Shown in pieces: positions 38,308 through 46,512 of a stretch of DNA of 64,000 bases. The notes under the pieces were generated by a model. The model was not told the origin of the DNA, did not search any database, and worked only from the letters and a program-made list of their open reading frames with translations. Position numbers and translations under genes: made by a program. How positions within the stretch are numbered: position 1 is the stretch's first letter; each line of letters opens with the position of its first letter. Origin of the DNA: a virus. The stretch covers positions 1-64,000 of IMG/VR virus record IMGVR_UViG_3300045988_145033. One strand, given 5' to 3'.

Positions 38308-38376
38308 TTAAAGCCTAGTAATTGTCCAAATTGCCGCTATGGCGTAAGCCGCCAACATTAATACTAATGCGAACAT
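38308..38376 (-). CDS. 22-aa hydrophobic micropeptide MFALVLMLAAYAIAAIWTITRL with own promoter, RBS and terminator
   Basis: AAAGGAGGTGCCAT-ATG RBS, early-type box 38419-38438, terminator downstream. Confidence 0.45.
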   Translation of the reverse strand: MFALVLMLAAYAIAAIWTITRL

Positions 38377-38448
38377 ATGGCACCTCCTTTAAATTATCCC
38401 GGTGGAACTTTCATTCCGTGGGTTCTACATTTATTATATATAATTAAA

Positions 38449-38479
38449 ATAAAAAATAAAGGTGAGGATAAACCCCACC
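38449..38479 (-). terminator. intrinsic terminator ggtggggTTTATcctcacc + U-run (copy 3)
   Basis: identical to 10015-10033. Confidence 0.7.
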
Positions 38480-38488
38480 AATATTTCT

Positions 38489-39229
38489 TTATTCTATACA
38501 ATACATCTTCGCACAAATATCTAAAATTGTTGCAATCATTTCTATGAAGTAGTCTTCCTTATCTAATAAGTAATCATCTACTAATGTCTCAAGGTCTTCA
38601 CTATCATAACTGTGTCCAAAATAGCTATCAACTACCTTATCTCTTATTTCGTAGATATTTTGCTCTGATATTCTTTCAGTAAATAATCCAAACCATATTC
38701 TTTCAGCTTGAGCTTTAATATCACTATAACCATATTTATCTCTTAAATCTTTATTAGATGTGTAATCACGTTCACAGAATTCTTTATACATCCTCTTAGC
38801 ATTTACTATAAGTGTAGTATCTATATCCCAAGGTTTCTTGTTAAGTTTTGCTACAGTTTGTTTATCTTTCCAAGGTTCGCAGATATTACATACAGTTTGT
38901 AAAAGAGCAAGTCCAACAACAGCAGATGTTGAATATATCTCAGTTTCTCCATTATCAAAATAATTCTTTGAGTATCTCTCTAAATCTGAAGCTTGTAAAT
39001 AATCATCTCTGATTTCATTGTCGATTACTTCATTACATATATAGCTTATAGCATTACTATCTAATCCTCTAAATAAAGAATTCCATAAATAATGTACCTC
39101 ATCTCTAAATTCTTCAAACTCGTGTGCACATTCTACCCAAGCTACTTCATTATTTGGTTTATCCCATACTCCAAATAGATACATTCCTTTTTCAAATAAC
39201 TCCTTCTTTAACACTGCTTTAATTTTCAT
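38489..39229 (-). CDS. hypothetical protein (246 aa)
   Basis: ORF; family-A-like promoter 39236-39285. Confidence 0.6.
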   Translation of the reverse strand: MKIKAVLKKELFEKGMYLFGVWDKPNNEVAWVECAHEFEEFRDEVHYLWNSLFRGLDSNAISYICNEVIDNEIRDDYLQASDLERYSKNYFDNGETEIYSTSAVVGLALLQTVCNICEPWKDKQTVAKLNKKPWDIDTTLIVNAKRMYKEFCERDYTSNKDLRDKYGYSDIKAQAERIWFGLFTERISEQNIYEIRDKVVDSYFGHSYDSEDLETLVDDYLLDKEDYFIEMIATILDICAKMYCIE

Positions 39230-39284
39230 TTCAATTCCTCCTTAAAAATTTTAATATGACTTTCGTCTACTTATATAATATATA

Positions 39285-39316
39285 GAAGAAAAGAATAATG
39301 GTGGCTAAGCCACCAT
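39285..39316 (-). terminator. terminator hairpin atggtggcTAAgccaccat
   Basis: 8-bp stem downstream of 124-aa gene. Confidence 0.55.
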
Positions 39317-39321
39317 CTTAA

Positions 39322-39696
39322 TTATTCTGGATTTTTAAGTTTATTAATAGTTTCTTGAATATTAACTCTTAAGTCTGCGACCTCAGCTCCAAACTTATCT
39401 TTCAGCTTTTGAATTGAGTTTGTGTAAAGCATATAGTATTTAGACGCATCTTTTAAATCATCATCATCTATATCTTTACCTTTAGCAACTGCTACAGCAA
39501 GAGTTGTATCAACCCCGTAATCAAGCGTTTTCTTTACATCTTCCCTAGCTTCTTCCATTATTTGCTTTACTATATTAGATGGTGTATTATATAAGTTACA
39601 TAAAGTTTCTAATTTGTCAAGTGACAAAGGAACACCTGTTTCTCTTTCATCAGCAAGAACTATAGTAGCTACAACAAGAGCATTATTTTGTGCCAT
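39322..39696 (-). CDS. hypothetical protein (124 aa)
   Basis: ORF. Confidence 0.55.
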   Translation of the reverse strand: MAQNNALVVATIVLADERETGVPLSLDKLETLCNLYNTPSNIVKQIMEEAREDVKKTLDYGVDTTLAVAVAKGKDIDDDDLKDASKYYMLYTNSIQKLKDKFGAEVADLRVNIQETINKLKNPE

Positions 39697-39744
39697 ATTA
39701 AAACCTCCTACATTTATATTAAAATCTATAATCGTGTTTTGAAA

Positions 39745-39756
39745 AACACCTTTTTG
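39745..39756 (+). promoter_or_regulatory. AACA-N6-TG late-type promoter motif (AACAccttttTG)
   Basis: 29 nt upstream of ATG 39785. Confidence 0.4.
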
Positions 39757-39784
39757 ATATCTAAATAAGGGGGTTTTGGTAAAA

Positions 39785-42001
39785 ATGGAACTTAAAAATA
39801 CATATACATCTCAGATAGCTGAGATATTTAAAAGTAAAGAAACTTTAAAAGAAAACTGGATAAAATCAATAAAAAATAAGATAAGACTTGATGATATTAA
39901 ATCGCAAGAGTTATCAAGTATTTTTGATAAAGCATTCAAAGAAACTCGTATACAATATACAAACTCAGTACAAGGAAAGACAAGAACTCTAGGTGCACTA
40001 GAGTTTATTTATAATACATATAAAGACGAAAAGATACTTGTAGAAAACGGAGTAATATTTCGTAACTCAAGAGAAGTATTTGCTCCTACTGTGGAGTCTG
40101 AGATATATCTTTTCAAAAGAAGAAAGACAGTTAAGAAATTAGGTAACTATTGGCTTACAGAAGGGAATGACCCAATAGTTGGAGCGATATATGATAACTT
40201 GCAAAAGAATATAAAGATACTTATGAATACGTACTATGGGGTACTCACAAATCCATATTCGAGATTTTACAATAGAGATTTAGGAGATAGTATTACTATG
40301 CGTGGACGTTCATCTATATCAGTATCAGCTCTTTCTATGGAAGGAGCATTTGCTAAGAAGATACCACAAGAAACTGAAGCACTTCTTGCTTATTTTGATA
40401 GATGCTCGAAATCTCAGATAGATAAAGATATAATGTGTGATATGAGTTTTCTATATATGAATATTATGAAAGATAAAGATGAAATAGAAGAACTTTTAAA
40501 AGAGTTTCATTTAGAAAATCATTACGACAGAGAGCTTCTTGTAAGAATACTATGTGAATATACTACTCAAGATAGATGTAAGATATACTTTAAAAATAAC
40601 TTTAAAAGAATATCAGAACTTCACATATTTAAAAAGAATGTAATAGATTTCATGAAAGATAGTATAGAACTTAAGACACCGTTTCTTGACCCTAATGAAA
40701 TACCATTTGATAATGCTAAGGGTTATATAGAAGATTTAAGAAGAATAGTGTCTCAAGGACTTACAGGAATGTATTGGTATGGTGGAGATTATATCCAAGA
40801 AAGAGAGATACTTGTTAAGAACTCACAAGATGTAATACAAAGTATAGATAGAAAGGTTATACCGGTAATAGACACGGACTCTAACTTCTTATCTTATGAA
40901 ACTGAATATAATATATTATATGATATACTTAAAAATTCTATATCTTGTATGCCAGCAAAAGATGATGACAATACTTTCTACACTATATCTAATATATGTG
41001 CTATTGTGATGACAGAGGTTATAGATAGTGCTCTTGCGAGATATAAGACTTATGTAAATATACTTCCTGAGAAGAATGGTTGCTTGAAATTAAAGAATGA
41101 ATTTTTATATTTAAAACTTCTTATAACTTCAAGAAAGAAAAACTATATAGGACTTATATCATTAAAAGAGGGTAAACCTTATCCTAAACCTAAACTAGAT
41201 GTAAAAGGATTGGTATTTAAGAAATCGTCAGTAAACTCAAATATCGGTGAAGAGGTTGAATCTATTGTATCTAAACTTCTAAAAGATGATACTCTTAATA
41301 TAAATGATATACTTGCAAGAACTAGAGCAACTACAAATATGATACTAGATGCTCATAAAAACCAAAAGCTTTTAGATTACTGTGTAGCACTAAAGCTTAA
41401 GACTAAACTTGAAGAAACTGATATATCTGATTATAGATGCAAAATGGTAACTTTATGGAATGCTCTTGCTGAAAACGAAAGAGATATAATTATAACACCT
41501 GCAACTTTTTACTCTATTCCTATAAAGATTACAGATAAGTTTAGAAATAAATACCCAGAAATATATGGAAAAATTAAAGCGTGGCTTGACGAACGAAACA
41601 CAATTTTGATTAAAACTCAGATAAATGAGATACTTTCGGACTCTAAGAATAAGAAGTTTCGATTCCTTTCCTTTATGGACCAAAACTTTGACTTGTCTAC
41701 TATAGACTCAGCAGACTCGTGGGTACAAATGCGAAAAGACGCAATGAAACTTAAAAGAGATAAAGGTATAAAGATGCCTTCCGAAGATGTATCTTACTGG
41801 AGTGAAGACGATATATCAAAGATAGCATACCCTATAACGTCAGAAGTAGTTCCAGAATTTATCTTAGATTTAGTGAACGCCGACAATTCATTAGTTCTTG
41901 TCAATTCCCTTTTAGCACCTGTAATTCAAGAGCTTCATGTTTTATGTCCAAGAAATAGTGATGGTAAAAGACTTGTAACTAATATTGTCGAAAGATACTA
42001 G
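39785..42001 (+). CDS. family B DNA polymerase, C-terminal portion only (motifs B, C and KKRY; motif A and exonuclease domain absent)
   Basis: KILMNTYYGVLTNPYSRFY (KxxxNSxYG), VIPVIDTDSNF (YGDTDS-like), SRKKNYIGL (KKRY); ATG 39785 behind AAGGGGG; ORF track TTG 39776 less likely. Confidence 0.7.
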   Translation: MELKNTYTSQIAEIFKSKETLKENWIKSIKNKIRLDDIKSQELSSIFDKAFKETRIQYTNSVQGKTRTLGALEFIYNTYKDEKILVENGVIFRNSREVFAPTVESEIYLFKRRKTVKKLGNYWLTEGNDPIVGAIYDNLQKNIKILMNTYYGVLTNPYSRFYNRDLGDSITMRGRSSISVSALSMEGAFAKKIPQETEALLAYFDRCSKSQIDKDIMCDMSFLYMNIMKDKDEIEELLKEFHLENHYDRELLVRILCEYTTQDRCKIYFKNNFKRISELHIFKKNVIDFMKDSIELKTPFLDPNEIPFDNAKGYIEDLRRIVSQGLTGMYWYGGDYIQEREILVKNSQDVIQSIDRKVIPVIDTDSNFLSYETEYNILYDILKNSISCMPAKDDDNTFYTISNICAIVMTEVIDSALARYKTYVNILPEKNGCLKLKNEFLYLKLLITSRKKNYIGLISLKEGKPYPKPKLDVKGLVFKKSSVNSNIGEEVESIVSKLLKDDTLNINDILARTRATTNMILDAHKNQKLLDYCVALKLKTKLEETDISDYRCKMVTLWNALAENERDIIITPATFYSIPIKITDKFRNKYPEIYGKIKAWLDERNTILIKTQINEILSDSKNKKFRFLSFMDQNFDLSTIDSADSWVQMRKDAMKLKRDKGIKMPSEDVSYWSEDDISKIAYPITSEVVPEFILDLVNADNSLVLVNSLLAPVIQELHVLCPRNSDGKRLVTNIVERY

Positions 42002-42004
42002 GAG

Positions 42005-42433
42005 GTGATAATTATGACAGGTATGAAAGACTTTATTGTACATACAGTAAAAGAGATTAAGGATATATTCGGAAGCATACTAGCTAAAGTTCTATTCTTC
42101 TACATATCGTATAAAGCGAAGAAGCTTTTATCTCTTATATCGACTGTATATATAGACGGAGTTAAATATCTCATCGAGTCAAGAGACACGATAAATGGTA
42201 AATTAAAGCTTTTCTCTAAAGATAAAGGATATTTAAACTTAGAACAAGATATCCTTTTAAGTGCTATAAAAGGAGCATTAGAAAAGCAAACTAATCCATT
42301 TGTCCTCAATGACAAAGATGTTCAGCTAACGTCCCTTAATATAATAAAAGAAAAAGTATCAAAACCGTTAGCTGATTTTATAAATATAAAGAATAAAAGA
42401 GTTACTCTTGATTTCAAGAGTATAGATAAATAA
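42005..42433 (+). CDS. hypothetical protein (142 aa)
   Basis: ORF. Confidence 0.55.
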   Translation: MIIMTGMKDFIVHTVKEIKDIFGSILAKVLFFYISYKAKKLLSLISTVYIDGVKYLIESRDTINGKLKLFSKDKGYLNLEQDILLSAIKGALEKQTNPFVLNDKDVQLTSLNIIKEKVSKPLADFINIKNKRVTLDFKSIDK

Positions 42434-42445
42434 GGAGGCTTTAAA

Positions 42446-43324
42446 ATGAAAGGTGCAATGAAAGAAAACTTTTTTGGGGATATAATGGAATTTATAAATG
42501 GTTCGAAAGAACCATTTATAAATCTTTCAGATTACAATAAAAAGGATAAACTATTCTTTTTTGATATGTCTTTATATCTTTTTATATCAAATAAACTTAA
42601 TTCATCATTTAAAGAAAAGGGACAAGATAAGATTGAGTTTACAAAAAATAGTCCTGAGAAAGATTGGTTTAAATCAAATAATATAAATTCTTGGATAGAG
42701 TTTGTATTCTTTATGAAAGAATGGAGAGAAAAGAATAATAATACTAAGAGTGTAATAGATATGGAAGAAGTATCTCATATAGGTTTATTTAAAGGATACT
42801 ATGATGAGTTCTTCTTGCTTTACAAGAAGTTCCCTAAGATACTATGGGTTACAGCTCTTAGTAATCATAAGATAGAAAATATAGACGGAACTCAATACTA
42901 CTTCATAGATGAACTAGAAGAAATTACAGTTCTTATAGCTATGAATGCTTGGGTGAGACACTTAATGGATAAACACGATAGATACTTTGCTGAGCTTATA
43001 AATACAGAATCTGAGGGACAAGAAAGATTTATAGAATACATAAAAGACTATGTTAAAAATGGATTACCTGAAAATCACGATAGTATTTTAGATTATATAG
43101 GTTACGCTATCTTTATGTCGGGAGTTCAATATTCTAATAAGTTCTTAAGTGAGAATAAGGATTTAATAGGAATGAAACTAGATAAGTATTCAAATAAGGC
43201 TATATCTAAAAGGCTTATAAACGTATTTAAAGAATATATGTGTAATATGCCTAAAGAAGATAACCCTACAAGACCTCGTGAGCTTATAGATAAAATAAAA
43301 GAAATAGAGCATAATGTAAAGTAA
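42446..43324 (+). CDS. hypothetical protein (292 aa)
   Basis: ORF with AAGGAGG RBS. Confidence 0.6.
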   Translation: MKGAMKENFFGDIMEFINGSKEPFINLSDYNKKDKLFFFDMSLYLFISNKLNSSFKEKGQDKIEFTKNSPEKDWFKSNNINSWIEFVFFMKEWREKNNNTKSVIDMEEVSHIGLFKGYYDEFFLLYKKFPKILWVTALSNHKIENIDGTQYYFIDELEEITVLIAMNAWVRHLMDKHDRYFAELINTESEGQERFIEYIKDYVKNGLPENHDSILDYIGYAIFMSGVQYSNKFLSENKDLIGMKLDKYSNKAISKRLINVFKEYMCNMPKEDNPTRPRELIDKIKEIEHNVK

Positions 43325-43331
43325 AGAGATA

Positions 43332-43349
43332 TGGTAGGCTTTCGCCTAC
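43332..43349. repeat. hairpin ggtaggcTTTCgcctacc, copy 1 of 21-nt exact repeat atggtaggctttcgcctacca (copy 2 at 43631-43651)
   Basis: exact duplicate 300 bp apart, no U-run. Confidence 0.7.
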
Positions 43350-43380
43350 CATAAAACTGATATTTATTGCGATAAATAAA

Positions 43381-43392
43381 GGACGCCTGAAA
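43381..43392. repeat. GC-rich motif GGACGCCTRAAA, copy 1 of 3 (others 43703-43714, 43825-43836)
   Basis: 12-mer thrice in 455 bp of a 29% GC genome. Confidence 0.6.
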
Positions 43393-43448
43393 TATATCCG
43401 AAAGGATTTCTATAGCAAATTAAAAGCAGTACCAAATCTTTGTTGTTA

Positions 43449-43482
43449 GATTATGGCTGGGCTCCATGCCCCAACCATAATC
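43449..43482. ncRNA. stable composite hairpin gattatgg-ct-gggcTCCATgccc-caa-ccataatc (possible structured RNA or protein-binding site)
   Basis: 8-bp outer and 4-bp inner perfect stems. Confidence 0.3.
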
Positions 43483-43961
43483 CGTCCTTACATGATTAAT
43501 GTTATGAAAGTAATATCTCTGAAAAAATAGAATTTTCATGAATATTTCAAAAAATGCAACGGGACACCCAAAATAATGAATAATATTCAAATTAGTTACA
43601 CCATAGTGTTCTGTAAAAATGCAAAGACTTATGGTAGGCTTTCGCCTACCACTTGTCACCTCTTAATTTGTATAAAGATTAATCATACAATAGCTTACAA
43701 TAGGACGCCTAAAATGTATATTACAATCAATACACTTTTGTGTTACGTATTTAATTAAAAATGTGAGTGTAGTTGATGTATCTATAACGATGAACTTAAC
43801 TATCAATATCATTAGTTTGGTAAAGGACGCCTAAAAGCAGTAACCAAAAATATACTTTGCGTAGCGATACTACGCCTATTAGCCATATCTATTTACTGAA
43901 AGGAGAAAATACAATACACACTCACATTCAAGAAAGTGTTGTGTAATTTGTCAATATTTGG

Positions 43962-43973
43962 AACAATTTTTTG
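43962..43973 (+). promoter_or_regulatory. AACA-N6-TG late-type promoter motif (AACAatttttTG)
   Basis: 20 nt upstream of ATG 43993. Confidence 0.4.
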
Positions 43974-43992
43974 ATAAATGGAGGTGAACTTA

Positions 43993-44748
43993 ATGGTTAC
44001 TAATGAAGAATATGAACATAAAGCACATTATAATACTATGGATTTTTATACAAAAGCTGATGCGGCTCATATGGGAGACCATGTAGAGCTTGTAAAGCAA
44101 AGAGCTCTTGATATGTATAATTGGTTAAAGGAAAAGAAAGGAATAGAAGCTGACCTCAAATGTGTAATACTTGCGGCTTCATTTCATGATACAGGTTCTG
44201 CTATACAAAGAGAAGACCATAATGTAATATCTTATAACTTATTTAAAGCTGGTAAATTAACTGACGGTATTGAGCTTACAGATGATGAAAAGATTATTAT
44301 AGCAAATGCTATACTTCAGCATTCGTCTCATTTTAAAGGAAACTATTATTCTATAGAAGCTGAGATAGTAGCATCAGCTGATAGAGATGAACCTGACATA
44401 TATGCGATACTTTCTCGTAGTGTAGACTATGCTAGAAAACATAATCCAGATGATATAATAGATAGTGTAGCTGAATATAATATCAAAAGATATGCTAGTT
44501 TTCCGAGCTCTGACTATAGAGTTCCTGATTGGCACTTCGAGTATTGGAATGATATAATGCCGAATTGTTTTACATATATTAATAAATTTTTCCAAAACGA
44601 AGATATAGTTAAAAAGGTTGTGAATTCTATAGCAGACGATAATACTGAAAGATATGTACGAGAGATGATAGATAGCTATATACACAGTGATACTAAACCA
44701 AATTTATTCTCCGAAAGTGTATTCAGGAGATTTAAAGGAGAGATGTAA
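43993..44748 (+). CDS. HD-domain metal-dependent phosphohydrolase (252 aa)
   Basis: H..HD..H..D pattern (AAHMGDH, ASFHDTGS, LQHSSH, ASADRDE); start 43993 behind GGAGGTG. Confidence 0.55.
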   Translation: MVTNEEYEHKAHYNTMDFYTKADAAHMGDHVELVKQRALDMYNWLKEKKGIEADLKCVILAASFHDTGSAIQREDHNVISYNLFKAGKLTDGIELTDDEKIIIANAILQHSSHFKGNYYSIEAEIVASADRDEPDIYAILSRSVDYARKHNPDDIIDSVAEYNIKRYASFPSSDYRVPDWHFEYWNDIMPNCFTYINKFFQNEDIVKKVVNSIADDNTERYVREMIDSYIHSDTKPNLFSESVFRRFKGEM

Positions 44749-44750
44749 TT

Positions 44751-45260
44751 ATGAAAGAAATTTTAAAAACTGAAGACGGAAGAACTATTGAAAACGATAC
44801 AGTTAAATCTGGTAAACCAGTTTATGAAGCTCATAAGTATAACTGCCTTATGAGAGATAAGCATATGGGAAAACTTATAAGAGATACTAAGATACCTAAG
44901 TGTACTATATCTAAGAAGTTCTATAGAGAGCTTGTATATAATAAGACTGGAGATTGTATGTATGAAAGGCTTGTAGACTGGAAGACAGGAAGAACTTTGC
45001 ATTCAGAAGGTTCTATAACACAAGAACCTATAGGATATAGAGTTAGACTTACCTGTCCTAATAATGATACAAAACTTTCATATCAAGTTAATTATTCTAA
45101 ATGGTGGTCATCAGAAGAATATTATATGGATTTATTCAAGATAGATAAAGTTACAGAAAATCTATACTTTGATGACTTCTACGTATACGATTACTATGGT
45201 AAAGTATGTAAGGTTTTATGTGTAAGAAAAGAGTACGGAAAACAATATTCACGTGGGTAA
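44751..45260 (+). CDS. hypothetical protein (169 aa)
   Basis: ORF. Confidence 0.55.
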   Translation: MKEILKTEDGRTIENDTVKSGKPVYEAHKYNCLMRDKHMGKLIRDTKIPKCTISKKFYRELVYNKTGDCMYERLVDWKTGRTLHSEGSITQEPIGYRVRLTCPNNDTKLSYQVNYSKWWSSEEYYMDLFKIDKVTENLYFDDFYVYDYYGKVCKVLCVRKEYGKQYSRG

Positions 45261-45270
45261 TACCCACGTG
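45250..45270 (+). terminator. hairpin cacgtgggTAATAcccacgtg overlapping stop codon
   Basis: 8-bp stem; U-run only after 10 nt. Confidence 0.4.
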
Positions 45271-45273
45271 AAA

Positions 45274-45285
45274 AACAATTTTTTG
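45274..45285 (+). promoter_or_regulatory. AACA-N6-TG late-type promoter motif (AACAatttttTG)
   Basis: 29 nt upstream of ATG 45315. Confidence 0.4.
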
Positions 45286-45314
45286 GATAATTTAATAATA
45301 AAAGGAGGCAAGTA

Positions 45315-46481
45315 ATGATTAATGATAGCAGAATAATAAGACCTTTTATAACTGATGCTGATGATATGTACTCATTTGATGATTTAGACCAAATGAAATC
45401 AGAGATACAATCTATACTAGGTTTTGATTTAAAAAAGATAATAAGAGTTAATAGATTTTCAAATGCTGATACTAAAGGTAGAATACATTGGAGATACTTA
45501 AGTGATACTCAAGATGATACTTCTGTAGAAGTTAGAGTGAATCTATCAAATGATATAGTACACCCAAATAAAGTTAAAAAATATGCAAATGTTGTAGTAG
45601 GTATACCTTTTATGAATAACGACGGTACAGCACTTCAATATTGGAATGGTTCAGCTTATGAAACTGTGCCTAAGAAACTACAAATAGGAAGACAGTTTGT
45701 AGCATCAGGAGATAACATAGAATGGACTAAAATACCAGTTCTTTTAAAGACAGAAGATGAATTAAAAGCACTCGATAATATAGTATCAGGAGATATATTT
45801 ATAATTCCTAATATGCCAACAGCAACGACAGCTGGTTCTATATCTATGTATTTTGCATCTGTAAAAGAATCAACAGAATTTCCATATAATACAGAGATAG
45901 AAACAGCTACGACTGGTATACACGTTTACAGAATATCATCGTTGGATTTTAGCTACATATCAGACGGTGAAGAAAATAATACTACTGGAAAGCTTACAAT
46001 AGAAGATACAGCAGTTGCAAGCGGTAAAGCTTTAACTTATGTACAAGATAATGTAGTTAATAAGAAAGCTATAATATCTGTAGTATCACAAGCATCGGCT
46101 GATACCGTACATTCATCTGAAGTTACTAAAATGATAGATGATAAGGCAACTCTTGCTTTAAAGAATAGAAGAATAATTTATGATACTGGCAATGGTAAAC
46201 CTAAGAGCTACATATATACAGAAAGAACTTTATACAAAAGACAGCTACAAGCTGGTACTAATACGTTCGTATTTAAAATAGAAGATAGTGCAGAATCGGT
46301 TGCTATACTTGCAGATATATGCTCTTGGACTATAAATAGAGATGTAAGTGCTACATCTAAATATGAATTTACTTTTGATACTACTAAGAAAGAATTAAAG
46401 CTTACTTATGTAAAAGATGCAAGTGATACAAATACTCATATAAAGGTAAATCTATTCCATGGATATAAAGTAGTTGAATAA
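45315..46481 (+). CDS. hypothetical (structural?) protein (388 aa)
   Basis: ORF with AAAGGAGG RBS. Confidence 0.6.
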   Translation: MINDSRIIRPFITDADDMYSFDDLDQMKSEIQSILGFDLKKIIRVNRFSNADTKGRIHWRYLSDTQDDTSVEVRVNLSNDIVHPNKVKKYANVVVGIPFMNNDGTALQYWNGSAYETVPKKLQIGRQFVASGDNIEWTKIPVLLKTEDELKALDNIVSGDIFIIPNMPTATTAGSISMYFASVKESTEFPYNTEIETATTGIHVYRISSLDFSYISDGEENNTTGKLTIEDTAVASGKALTYVQDNVVNKKAIISVVSQASADTVHSSEVTKMIDDKATLALKNRRIIYDTGNGKPKSYIYTERTLYKRQLQAGTNTFVFKIEDSAESVAILADICSWTINRDVSATSKYEFTFDTTKKELKLTYVKDASDTNTHIKVNLFHGYKVVE

Positions 46482-46483
46482 AG

Positions 46484-46510
46484 ATAATGGTGGCACAACG
46501 CCACCATTAT
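46484..46510. terminator. bidirectional terminator ataatggtggcACAAcgccaccattat (second copy of 4538-4560 element)
   Basis: between convergent genes. Confidence 0.7.
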
Positions 46511-46512
46511 CT

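Noticed and set aside
8341-39700. UDG-inhibitor (Ugi)-like small acidic protein among early genes
   Set aside because: None of the small acidic ORFs resembles the PBS2 Ugi sequence. The uracil-DNA inference therefore rests only on promoter/RNAP analogy.
43420-43758. ORFs 43420-43659(-) and 43576-43758(+) inside the non-coding island
   Set aside because: GTG start fused to an AGAGG with no spacer, and no RBS for the other. The region is better explained as non-coding with repeats.
43325-43992. CRISPR array or tRNA gene in the repeat-containing island
   Set aside because: Repeats are only 12-21 nt with irregular 120-320 bp spacing and no uniform spacers. No cloverleaf with T-loop GTTCRANYC or D-arm consensus could be drawn.
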